Origin: Narcine bancroftii
Lineage: Eukaryota
Direction: 5' to 3'
NCBI RefSeq assembly: GCF_036971445.1
Contig: NC_091477.1
Span: 4,774,001 to 4,838,000 of the forward strand
DNA length: 64,000 bases
Part shown: positions 51,902-64,000 of the stretch, in pieces
Layout: the number at the start of each line of letters is the position of its first letter
How positions within the stretch are numbered: position 1 is the first letter of the stretch
Made by a program: the position numbers and the translations under genes
The notes under the pieces: model-generated
What the model was told of the DNA's origin: nothing
The model's database searches: none
The model's input: the letters and a program-made list of their open reading frames with translations, nothing else

Positions 51902-54282
51902 ATGGAGAATTCGGCGATCAACAGCGCCATTGCTGTCAAAACCTTTGGCTTCCTGATTCTGGTATGTTCACCGGGTCTGATTTTGGGGCAAATTCGGTAT
52001 TCCATTAGCGAGGAATTGGAGAAAGGGGCTTTTGTTGGCAATATCGCTCAGGATTTAGGTTTGACTGTAGCGCAATTGTCAGCTCGTCAATTTCGGCTGA
52101 CCTCAGAAGACGGTCGAGAGTATATGATGGTTAATTTCGAGAACGGAATTTTGACTGTGCGTGAAAGAATCGACAGGGACCATTTCTGTGGTCAAGCAAA
52201 TATGTGTACAATTCCTTTCAAAATAATAATGAAGAATCCTTCGGCACTGCATCATGGAGAACTAGAGATTCTTGACGTTAATGACAACTCCCCCACTCTC
52301 CCCGAGAGCACGGTTGCCGTAGAGATTGCCGAAGCGATTGCACCAGGTGTTCGCTTCCCCCTCGAAAATGCGGAAGATCCGGACGTTGGAACAAACCCAG
52401 TCACCGCTTATACGATTAGTTCCAACGATTATTTTAGTTTAAGAACACAAGTTGAGGGAGATGTTTTAAGTACCGAGTTGCCACTCGAGAAACCTTTAGA
52501 TAGAGAGCAACGGTCATCATTCCGACTGATCCTGACGGCGACTGATGCAGGAACCCCTCCGCGATCGGGATCTGCCGAGATTATCATTAAAGTTGTGGAC
52601 ATGAATGATCAGAAGGTTTACAGGAGCATCTTACGCGAAAACGTGCTGCCAGGTACCTTGGTGGTGAAAATCAAAGCAAATGATTTGGACGAGGGGCCAA
52701 ACGCTGAGTTAACATATTCGTTCAACAAACAAACTTCACTAAGAATTCGCGAGTTGTTCAGTTTGGACCCACAATTTGGACAGGTGATATACATATAGAA
52801 GGAGTTTTGGACTTTGAAGAGGCCAAAAGTTATTCTCTAAATGTCCAGGCTGTTGATCATGGTTCACCCGCAATCATAGGCCGATCCAAAGTGTTAATCA
52901 ACGTAATTGACATAAACGACAATGCACCCGAGATAAAAGTATCATCAAAGACCTTCAATGTTCCGGAAGATGCCCCGCCGGGAACAATCATATCTTCCAT
53001 CAATGTTATCGATCGAGATTCTGGGGAAAACGGCCAAGTGCAGTGCAAGGTATCAAAGACGAACTCATTTAGGCTTGAAATGTGGTCGGAAAATCATTAT
53101 GAATTGATTACGAGTGAACCAATGGACCGCGAATCGGACCCCGAGTATGAAATAGCTTTTATAGCCTGGGATTTGGGGCCCGCTTCACTCTCAAGTAATA
53201 CAACCATCCAGGTTATAATTTCCGATGTAAATGATAACCCACCACAGTTTGTAGAAACTTTATACAACATATATGTTATGGAAAACAAAGCTCCGGGCGC
53301 TTCTCTGATGGCACTAACTGCTTCCGATCCTGATCTGGACCAGAATTCCTATATTTCGTACTCTTTGCTGAACAATGTTGGCTACGTTTTTCCAGTGTCC
53401 ACTTACCTCAGCATTAATTCAATGAACGGCACCATTTACGCACTGCGCTCTTTTGACTATGAGGAATTCAAAAGTTTCCAGATCCATGTTCAAGCCCGTG
53501 ATGCTGGCCTTACCCCACTGAGCAGCAGTGTTGCTGTGAACGTGATCATCTTGGATCAAAATGACAACGCTCCCATAATTGTTTCACCTTCAGGACAAAG
53601 TGGATCAGAAGCGGTGGTGCTCCTACCCCAGTCGTCAGCTCAGGGGTACTTAGTCGTCAAGATTTTGGCTACTGATGCAGATTCTGGTCAGAATGCACGG
53701 CTCTTTTATCATATGGTGAAATCTACCGATCCCAGCTTATTCAATGTTGGTCAAAACACCGGAGAACTAACAACATCGAGGGTGATGATGCAGAGAGATA
53801 CCACTACACACACTCTCGTTATCTTGGTGAAGGACAATGGGCAGCCGAGCCTTTCCAGCATACCTACAATTCACATCTCAGTGTTGGAGAACATAACTAA
53901 AACAACCACATCAAGCAGGATTTCCGTGGCGAGTTCCAAACATTTCCATGATTTAAATTTTTATTTAATCGTCATTTTCACATGCACTTCCATTCTCTTT
54001 CTTTTGATGATTATTCTGCTAATTGGCATCAAATGAAAGCAGCATAGAAATATTACCCAACAGTATCATTCTCCGCACTGTTCTTATAAACATGGGAATT
54101 CAAACTATACGTCCAACCGAAGACCAGCCATGGAGGAAACATTACGCTATCCTGGGACTGGTCGTCGAGCTCGCGTGTCAGAAGCGCACCATTACTCAGT
54201 TGGTCTTTCTCCAGAATCAGCGAAGAGTGATTTTCTATTTTTGAAGCCATGCACCGTTTCCACGCCGCAGGCCCAATGCTAA
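51902..54282 (+). pseudogene. Protocadherin 6 pseudogene
   Basis: In-frame 6-codon deletion at the EC2-EC3 linker (~52609), frameshift at ~52785 (stop 52798), Cys codon changed to TGA after the TM (54034-54036); ancestral end ..PQAQC-TAA at 54282; AATAAA at 54457-54462. Confidence 0.9.
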
Positions 54283-54999
54283 ATTATAGTGATCTCTTTA
54301 CATCACAGGGTAGCCGATGATGCCGGTCATCCTGTTCATCCAGCAAAGTGAATTCTTGCAAGTCAAATATTTGTTTCCGAGTGTTCCTTTTTTGCACGTT
54401 TTTGTTTTGCCATTGTTATGGGTGATGTAACCAGCTGGTTTGTTTTGATCGACGAAAATAAAAGTCCAGTCAATGGGATCTAAACGTTTAACACTGACAA
54501 ATGTTACTTTTGGAAGTAATAATGAGGTTTGTCACTGAACGGTTTGCTTTTGCAGCTTCCTTTCGGTCGACAAACATGAATATAGAGAACTGATAGACGA
54601 TTTGTTATTAATATCCGAAAATGGGTTGACATTACATTGAAAGAAATTGTATAAGGTTATTAGTACTTGTAGTTTATTGTAGGGATCGAGTATACTTTCT
54701 TTAAATTTAATTCCTAAATAGTTATAATGTGCCTGCGTTAAAGGAATGCAATTCCACTAACTGTAAAGGTCATTTTAGTGAAGACTTCCAGATGAGTGCA
54801 ATAAGGTTGGCTCTATTGCATCAAATTAATATGATTAGTAAAGTTAAACATTCGAATGTTTCCTTAAACCATCGGACTCCTACAAGGATGTTCAGTGCAA
54901 TAGGTCCTTGTCTTTGCAAGAAGAATTGTAAGAAAGGCATACAATCTTAGAACGTGGCCATGCGTGAAACGTGGATGCAGGAGAAGCAGGACTGGCAGC

Positions 55000-56580
55000 T
55001 TAAAATTCCGGGATTTCTTTGTGTCAGATGCTATAGAACAGGGGAAATGAAAAGGCATTACTCGTCAGGGAAAATAGCATAGCTGTGTTCAGGCAGAACA
55101 GACCAGATCGCTTATCTACTGAGGTTACATGTGCGGAAATGAGGAATGGGTCATATACGTCCACACGCATGGAGTTATATATAGACCACCCAATAGTCAG
55201 CGAGAATTGGAGAAGTAATTCTGTAGACAGAGAGCAGGCAGATTGAGACAGGAAGTATGACAGAAGAGAAGTATGTGTAGGGGATCATTTTGGGTCCAGT
55301 GAACATAGTGTTACGAGTTTCTAGTTAATTATGGAGAAGGATAGGTTTGGAATTCGGATTGTGATTCTAAATGGTAGAAATGCCAATTTAGAGTTAATGA
55401 GTAAATGCGTGAACTGGGTGAAATCGTTTTAACGAATGGATATGTTGGGTAAGTGGAAGATTTCAAGGGTACAATTTTGATTCAGAAGAAGAGAGAGGTG
55501 TACTTCTAGGTATTTATGGGGAGACAGTCAACTGGATAAGGCTTTGACATTGGCTCCACTGGAGAAACCATAAGGTAGTCGTGGAATTTGCTTCTCAGAC
55601 TGCAGTCCTGTGACTAGTGGTATGCCTTAGGGATCGGATCTAGGACCATTGCTGATTGTAACCTACAACAATGATCTGGGTGATACGTGGGAAATTGAAT
55701 CAGCAAGTTCGTAGATCACACTAAGATTAGAGGCGTTGTGGACAATGAGGAAGGTTTTCAAAGTTTGTAAAGGGATCTGGACCAGCTGGAAAAATGGCAG
55801 ATGGAATTTAATACAGACAAGTGTGAGGTTTTATATTTTGGAAGGACAAAATGGTAGGGCACAGAGAAATGCAGAAGATCAGAGGAATCTGGGAATACAG
55901 ATACATAATTCCCTAAAAGTGACGTCACAGATAGGGTTGTAATGTACAATTTTGGCACATTGCGTTTCTAAATCAAGGTATTGAGTATAGGAGTTTGGAT
56001 GTTATGATAAAGTTGAATAAGACGTTGTTGAGGCTAAATTTCGAGTTTTCTGTGCAGTTCTCGTCAATTAACTACAGGAAAGGAAACATTAAGAGAGAAA
56101 AAAGGCAGAGTAGATTTATTTGGATCTTGTCAAACTTTAGGAACTGAGTTACAGGGAAGGTTAAAGATGTTGGGACTTTATTTCCTGGATCATAGAAGAA
56201 TGAGGGGAGATTTGACAGATGTATTTAAAATTATGAGTGGTCTAGACAGAGTAAATGTAGGTCGGATTTTTGAACTAAGGGAAAATGAGATACAAACCAG
56301 GGGGAGAGGGTTAAGATTGAAAGAGCCAAGGTTTAGAGGGAACATTAAGGGGAATGTCTAAACATAGAGAGTGGTTGGATTATGGAACGAGCTGCCAAAT
56401 GAAGTGGTGAGTGCGGGCTCAATTTTAATTTTCAATAACAATTTGGACAGATAAATGCATGGGAGATGTGTAGAGGGCTATCGACTGGATGCAGGACAGT
56501 GGGACTGGGCTGAATAATAGTTCAGCAGAGACGAGAAGGGCTGAGGGTCTGTTTAGTGTTGTATTCTATGGTTCTTTGAT
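55000..56580 (+). mobile_element. CR1-clade LINE, internally deleted (endonuclease and RT fragments)
   Basis: YRPP-like endonuclease remnant at ~55180, G.P.GS.LGP at ~55620, LGLYFLDHRRMRGDL (56167-56361), end ttctatggttct. Confidence 0.8.
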
Positions 56581-57444
56581 ATACTTCGCATTAGCCAGTT
56601 TCATTCCTCTGCATGAGCATACTTACAATCTGTTGCAAATATTAGACGAGTTTACCTTAACACCAAACTGTCTGTAAATATTTCCTTTGGACAACAGGTA
56701 AATGTAGATTTTAGGCAAAAATATGAAGACAAGAACCAAAGTCTATCAACGACCCCGAGGCATATTTGAGAAAAATTTGAGAATGCCATACTGCTAAGAT
56801 TTCATGATACTAAAAGGAAAATAAAATTATGCTCTCTGGCACAAAATTCTGCGAATGCACTCCAAGTTCATAGCTCTTATCTGGTCAAGATTCTTTTTAA
56901 AAAATATTCCCTTTAGTTTGCTCATATTTTTCATGATTCGACTATATTTACATGTATTTGAAAGTCGCAGTAATGGAGTTATTCACGCCTTTACATTAAG
57001 TATCATGTTCTATTCACCTTCGTGGTTGCCGGCTGAATGAACCGCAATGATGTAAGAAATTGTGTGTGGCTCTGATTTGAACACAAATATATGATTGATA
57101 TGTGGAAAGTCAGAATTTGGCAGGCAACATTTTGTTTTGTTTGACAAGCATTCTTTTAAAAATATAAAACGTATTTGCAATCAGTGGGAGAGTTCAGTCT
57201 CGCATTTCAATGTATTCTTTGCGTTTAGGTTTCAATTACTGAATAACTAAGGTGGTCGCATTCAAAGCATTCAAAGCCATGTTTCTTCTCCTTACTAACA
57301 AGATATTGATAAACCATGTTTTGAATCCCTTCATCCTAACTTGATTTTCTTCGCTGGTGTAATTGCAATTAGACTTGGACTGGCTTTTGCATCTTAACAA
57401 GCCCTCCACCATCTTGACATTTGTGGTATAAAAATCATGAATAT

Positions 57445-57655
57445 AGAATAGGGAACATAACAGCACAGCACACCTCTTCGGCCCAAGATGTTGTGCTGAC
57501 CAATATTTTTAAGCCTGCTCAACAATCTATACCTTCCCTCCGTGACACTCACAATTCTCTATATTTATTTCATCCATGAGCCTATCCAAAATAATTTTAA
57601 ATATCCCTTTTGTACCGGCCTCCAGCATCAACCCTGGCAGTGCATTCCAGTGTCC
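57445..57655 (-). mobile_element. CR1 3' end fragment
   Basis: WNALPGLMLEAGTKGIFKIILDRLM on the minus strand. Confidence 0.6.
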
Positions 57656-59288
57656 AGAGATCACATGGAACGGTAGCATTTGACCTGCAGGCGCCATTTT
57701 ATGAATTGTTGCAAAACTAATCTGGCCGAAACTGAAGCTACTGGGGTCTGAGACAAGATCTTGGTTGTCAACCTCTCTCTTTATACATTCTCTCCTGTCC
57801 ACATTCCCACAACATTGACTATGACAAATTGTATTTGTTGCTGCAATTTGAGAAGACATTCATAGCACCAAATAATTTGCAATAGTTTGGACATTCCAAA
57901 ATAACTGGGAAATACATTATCAACAACATAAAGGAGATTCGTTTCTGGAAATGTTAAATTATATAGTTAACGATGAGCTTTACGACCAATAGCAACGGAC
58001 AAATGGATAAAGATCAGGTCAACGTATTCCCGATGAGTGCAACTGCAGTAACGTCTGCTGTGTTAATACTTTCAACCGGTGAAAGGTCGAGCTCTGCAAT
58101 GACATTTTCGAACTTTCACGTCGTAGTATCTTCTATTGGTAGCCTCGAAGAAATAGTTTCCAATGGGCCGAAATCTTCAGTTTTTCTGGATGTCTCCCTG
58201 TCTATCTCTGCCTCTGTTTCTCTGTCTGGGTGGGTGAGCATTTCGGAGACAGTGAGCAGAGCTCCTTTCGTGTGGCCATGGACAAGGGTAGGAGGAGAAA
58301 ATATAGGACGCGTTTAATTGGGGAAAGGCTGATTTTGATGGGATTAGGAAGGAACTAGGGACAATAAACTGGGAGCAGATGTTTTCGGGGAAAGTATATC
58401 AGAAATGTGGAGGATGTTCAGGGGCTACATGCGTGGAATCCTGGATACATTTGTCTCAATGAGCCTGGGAAACAATTGTATGGTAAAGTGGACACGTTGA
58501 CAAGAAAGGTGGGCAGGTAACTAAGTGGAAGATCTTTCTTGTCAAATATGTTTATAAACTTCGTACATTTAACTACGACGTTTCAAAAAATTATTCCAAG
58601 GTTACATGGTATTCCTTATCCTCGTAATCTCGTTATTGATGGTGTGAAATATTCTAAAGAGCATTCAGTTCCAATATGTTGATGTGATCATTTTTATTTT
58701 TGTTTGAATTAATTTCAACTTTTCGTGAAACTTACAAGACAATGGAAAATGTGGATTTATTTTAATATGTCGGAACGCTATTTTATAGTTGCACTTCCAT
58801 GAGAGAAGTGTGCGTAATTATTGCTTATGCTCCCTACACATACATTAAAAGGATACAGAGAATTAAAGGCGATTAAATAATCATAATCTATGACCAGATC
58901 TGGAAGAACATATTGCAATGAAACAAAAACAACAAAAAAAGACATACTAATCAGCTATAATAAAAAGTTACATTTTTTACAGTTATCAACCCAGTCAACC
59001 GATATACAGTATTGTTCAGTCAATTTCTCTCTATTCATCATAATGTCCAGAGTGAACAAGCAGACATCAAGATAGAAGTTGTGTCAAGACGTCTGTCTGT
59101 CTCATTGGTTGCAGTTAATGGACTCTTTCTGGCCCCATATTGCAGATCGATGACGCGTATTTTTCGTTTATCGGATTGAGTACAGTATTATGATATTATG
59201 GATGCTATAATGAAATATGAATCATGAATTTAGTGAAGAGTTTGTATTATACGACTGTGCGCTATTAAATATTCACGAGCTCGTCCTT

Positions 59289-59385
59289 GTTTTAAGAATT
59301 GTTGTAGCGTTTGTTGAAAGGAACTGATTGTATAGGGTCAACCAAAGGTAATCTCATACGCGGCAGTGGATCCTTTTCCCTTCCA
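59289..59385 (+). promoter_or_regulatory. Decayed Pcdh promoter of pseudogene 7 (CGCT box lost)
   Basis: TTTAAGAATTGT...GTTGAAAGGAACTG..., GTCAACCAAAGG and GGATCCTT remain alignable; CGCT core absent. Confidence 0.6.
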
Positions 59386-59572
59386 CTATACAGTAAAAAA
59401 TTATATTCGCCGGAAAAAGCTGATATTCCTTAATATTGAGGAATTAAGGTGAGAAAAATAAACTTCACGTCTCTTTGCGTTTAATGTGTAGATGTTACTG
59501 CTATAATGAGAAGGAGAGTGCTTCGGAGTAATCGACCTGAGGCCTTATTTGGTCAAACTGCAGCACGGAACA

Positions 59573-61625
59573 ACAGCGGTTATTAACATTTCCAATCGGA
59601 ACTTTGGCAGGTTCGCTTTTAATTTCCATAGGAAATAAATGAAGAGGTCTTTATGGCAATATATCTTAAAATTTTAGGATGAATCGTCCACGATTGTCTG
59701 CTCCTAATTTTCGGCTAACCTCAGATGATGGAGTGCAGCATGTGAAAGTTAATTTCGAAATGGGATTTTGTCTGTTTGTCAAACAACCAATCAACAGGGA
59801 GCATATCTGTGGACAACTGTACGCAAAATTCTTTTCAAAATTATACTGCAAAATCCTTTGGCAGTGCATCGCGGAAAGCAGATTCTCGATGTTCATGATC
59901 ATTTCCATGATTTCGGGGAGAGCAGGAATGTTTTACAAATACCCAAAGCGATGACACCGGGTTATATTTCCCTCTTGGATCCGGGGAGTTCCGGATATTG
60001 GAACAAATTGGCTGCTTAAAGAATTAGTTCTGACGAATAAATTAGCGTATAAACGCAAAAGAAAAACCTGGAGGATAGTATTGCAATTTTCAAACTGCCT
60101 TTGCGCAGAGAGCGACAATCCTAGTTTCTGTTCATTCTGTCAGCGACTGTTAGTGGAGAAATGGCACAGCTCAGATTCACATTACTATAATGGACATCAC
60201 TGGTAATCTTCGGGTTTTGAATCATGAAATTTAAAGGAACAGCGGAAGAGAAAGATTACCATTACGTACCTTGGTGATGGAAATTAAAGCTAATGACTCA
60301 GACAAAGTTTGAATGCCGAGTTAAACTATTCTTTCAGCAATTTAACTTCACCAAGAATTCACGAATTTGAGGTGAAGGAGAGCTTGATTTTGGAGAAGAA
60401 CTCGATGTTCAAGCTGAAGATCACTGTTCTCCAACAATCACAGGGCACTGCTAGGTATTGATCAGGATAATTGTTGTAAACGACCACATATCTGAGATAA
60501 AAGTGACATCAAGCACGGGAAAATGTTCCAGAAGCAACTGAGAGGAATTTTAATAACTTTTCTCAATGATATCGATCGTAGTTCTAGAGAAAGCAGGCAG
60601 ATTTACTGCGAGCTGCGAAAGAACATTTTGCTTTCAAACGTCGTCGAAGAATCATTATGAGTTGGACCTTGAATGTGTCGCTGGGTATACAATAGCTCTG
60701 GTCTCTTAGGATCTGCTAAGTAATAATTCACTGTTAAGTAATAAACGATATATGTTGTAGTTTATGATGTAAATGACAATGCGCCTCGGTATGCTAAATC
60801 GTCCTACATTTATCGTGGGAACTTTATTTGTGATCTAGAATAGAATTCCACCGTTTCTTTCTCATTCCTGAATAGATCGTTGGTGATTTTCCTGTGTCGA
60901 GTTTAATCAAGATTAACTAGATCAGCAGCAGGCGTTTGTTTACTGCACAGTTTAGACAACAAAAATCTAAAAGAATATAAATCCATGTTGAAATCCATGT
61001 TGCAATCATCTTGGATTAAAACGATACCGCTCCCGTAATAATTTCACGGTCAGTATTGGCGTGATCAAAATCAGTGGAGATCCTGCCTCAATCAGCGAGA
61101 CAGGCGCATTCGATCACCATTGATATAGATTCTGACAAAAAACATAGAACGTTTACTTAGAGAGTAAAATATGATATGGATCTGAGTTTGCTCAGTTGGA
61201 TAAAATCTCTAGTCAAATTAGAATAGCCAGAAAATGTTTGAAGCCTGATAGCACCACACAAACTCTTGTCATTTTGGTGAAAGGCAACGAGCAGACGAGC
61301 CTCTCCAGCAACGCTGCAATTCAGATGGCACTTCTCGAAAACATTACTAAAACATAAACTGCGAATTTTGCACACAGTGGCGAACCCCGAAATGTTCACT
61401 GATTTAAATATTTATTTAATTGTTAATTTCGCTCGCACATCCATTCTAGTTCTTGTGACGATTATTCTGGTTATTAATATTAAATGTATGTAAATTATCT
61501 GGAACTATCCCAGTTTGTACAAACGTGAAGGTTCAAACGATACATTCTTGCGAAGGGCTGGTTTGGCGCGCGTCGATGAAGCACAACATCCGTCAGTCTC
61601 CAGAAAGAGCAAAAGCGATTTTCTA

Positions 61626-61630
<5 letters not shown>
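59573..61630 (+). pseudogene. Protocadherin 7, heavily degraded pseudogene
   Basis: Alignable remnants: INREHICGQ, NPLAVHRG, GATGTAAATGACAATGCGCC (DVNDNAP) at ~60766, ILVKGNEQ, SPE.AK.DFL at ~61600. The start codon reads ACA; many indels and stops; 3' end replaced by L1. Confidence 0.85.
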
Positions 61631-61663
<33 letters not shown>

Positions 61664-64000
61664 AAAATTTTTCACACTGTGAACCATATCAACCAAAATA
61701 TGTACAAACGTTTCTCATTAAACTTACACAGTGGTCTTTTCTCCCCTTTTTCTCCCTTTCCCTCTCTCCCCTCTACCCACTCCCTCCAAAACCCATAAAT
61801 ATTCAACATATACAATACAATAAAACTATAAAACAATATTTTCACACAAAGGAAAATAAACAAGAAAAATGCATCATCTATTTATTACACACTGAATCTA
61901 GGAGTTTTGTCTTATCATTTTCATTCACATTTTAGGGGATGGAGGTCGTAGGCAAGCTCTCTCCAATATGCTCCATGTATGATTCCCAAATTTTTTCAAA
62001 CATTGTGACTTTATTTTTTAAATTATATGTTATCTTTTCCAATGGAATACATTTATTAATTTCCATGTACCATTGTTGTATACTCAGGCTCTCTTCCATT
62101 CTCCAAGTTGATATTATACATTTTTTTGTTATCGCTAAAGCGATCATAATGAATTTTTTTGCACTTTATCCAATTTCAGGCCTAATTCTCTACTTCTTAT
62201 GTAACTTAAAAGAAATATCTCTGGTTTTTTTGGTATGTTATTTTTTGTAATTTTATTTAGTATCTGATTTAATTTTTCCCAAAACGTATTTACTTTCGTA
62301 CAAGTTGCATGTAATGTTGTTCCCATTTCCATTTTACAGCGAAAACATCTATCCGATAATGTTGAATCCATTTTTAATTTTTTTTAGGAGTAATATATAC
62401 CCGCTGTAACCAATTATACTGTATCATGCGTAACCTTGTGTTTATTGTATTTTTCATAGTTCCAGAACATACATTTTCCCGTACTTCATTTTTTATCTTT
62501 ATGTTTAGATTCTTTTCCCACTTCTGCTTAGGTTTATAGTTTATTTCATTTTCCTTATTTTGCAGCTTAATGTACATGTTGGTTATAAATATTTTAATTA
62601 TCATTGTGTCTGTGATCACGTATTCAAAGCTGCTTCCTTCAGGTAATCTCAAGCTGTTTCCCAATTTATCCTTTAAATAAGCTTTCAATTGATGATATGC
62701 AAATATTGTACCATGAGTAACCCCATTTTTGTACTTCAGCTGTTCAAATGTTAATAAATTATTTCCACAAAAACAATTTTCTATTCTTTTGATTCCTTTT
62801 CTCTCCCATTCTCTAAAGGAAAGTTTGTCGATTGTAAAAGGGATTAGTGGATTTTGAGTCAATAGTAATTTTGGTATTTGATAATTCGTTTTTTTTTTCC
62901 TTTCTAAGTGGATCTTCTTCCATATATTAAGTAAATGATGCCGTACTGGTGAGTTTTTATATTGCTCCAGTTTTTCATCCCACTTATAAAGTGTATGTTC
63001 CAGTACCTATTTTATCTAGTTCTGTCTTCGTCCAGTCTGGTTTTTCCCTTGTCTGTTAAAAATCTGATAAATACCTCAATTATGCGGCTTTATAATAATT
63101 TCTAAAATTTGGTAACTGTAAGCCACCTTGATTATACTTCTCTGCTAATTTATCTAATGCTAACCTGATTCATCCCTTTCCACAAGAATTTCCTTATTAT
63201 TCTCTTTAGTTCGTTAAAGAATTTTTCTGTTAAGAGAATTAGTAATCATTGAAATATGTATTGTATCCTTGGGAACATGTTCGTTTTAATGCAGTTTACC
63301 CTCCCTATCAACGTTAGCGGTAATTCTTTCCAATGTTCTAAGTCTTCCTGAAATTTCTTTATTAGTGGCTGATAATTTAGTCTGTACAAGTGGCTTAAGT
63401 TATTATATAACCTGATCCCTAGGTATTGGATTGCTTGTGTTTTCCATTTAAATGGTGATTCTTTTTAAAAATTCTGTATAGTCTGCATTACTCATTGGCA
63501 TCACTTCAGTTTTCTTTTGATCTTAAACCCGATATTTCTCCATATTCCTTCAATTTCTTATGTAATTTTTGACTGATATCTCTGGTTCTGTTAGGTATAC
63601 TATGATGTCACCTGCAAATGAGCTGATTTTATACTCCTTCTCCTTTATTTTGATCCCTTTTATTTTATTTTCTATTCTTATCAGTTCTGCCAAATGTTCT
63701 ATTTCTAAGGTGAACAATGAGGGGGAGAGTGGACAATGATGTCTAATTGACGTACTTAATTTAAAGTGACTCGATACATATCCATTTAGTGTTACCTTCG
63801 CCAATGGTCCATTATACAATGCTTTAATCCAATTTATATATTTTTCTGGTAGATTGAACTTCTGTAATACTTTAAATAAGTAATTCCACTCTACTCTGTC
63901 AAAGGCTTTTTCTGCATCTAGAGCAACAGCCACTGTTGGTTTCTTATTTCCTTGAACTGCGTGGATTAGATTAATAAATTTGCAGACATTCTCTGCTGTT
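61631..64000 (-). mobile_element. L1-clade LINE (ORF2 RT, C-terminal zinc knuckle and 3' UTR), runs off the window; (TA)n at its 3' end
   Basis: AVALDAEKAFDRVEW, CPLSPSLF (63550-63933), KWEKNL, CFRCK..LHATC (62144-62371); several frameshifts. Confidence 0.9.

Noticed and set aside
1-64000. Pcdh constant exons or a prokaryotic/viral system
   Set aside because: No constant-region-like coding sequence recognised in this window; content is consistent with vertebrate genes and retroelements

Overview
Vertebrate genomic DNA, most likely a cartilaginous fish (ray/skate-like, inferred from the repeat content). The window covers part of a clustered protocadherin (Pcdh) array: seven co-oriented (+ strand) variable-exon-type units, encoding signal peptide, six cadherin repeats, TM and a short tail where complete. 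Three are intact (2482-4860, 23129-25507, 42670-45048). Four are pseudogenes in different states of decay: promoter/signal-peptide deletion (12005-14263); RTE insertion plus frameshifts (32783-37375); frameshift/nonsense (51902-54282); heavily degraded (~59573-61630). The first four units are a recent tandem amplification of a ~10 kb cassette (L1 relic + promoter + Pcdh + CR1 relic + Gmr1-like Gypsy relic) with an A-B-A-B pattern. The readable genes end at an equivalent stop with AATAAA 170-179 nt downstream and no conserved splice donor. This suggests self-terminating single-exon (Pcdh-beta-like) genes. Promoters share a rigidly spaced CTTTAAG / CSE (CGCT) / GGATCCATT / GC-box module. Intergenic DNA is mostly LINEs (L1, CR1, RTE, Rex1-like), SINEs and LTR relics, with four assembly gaps.
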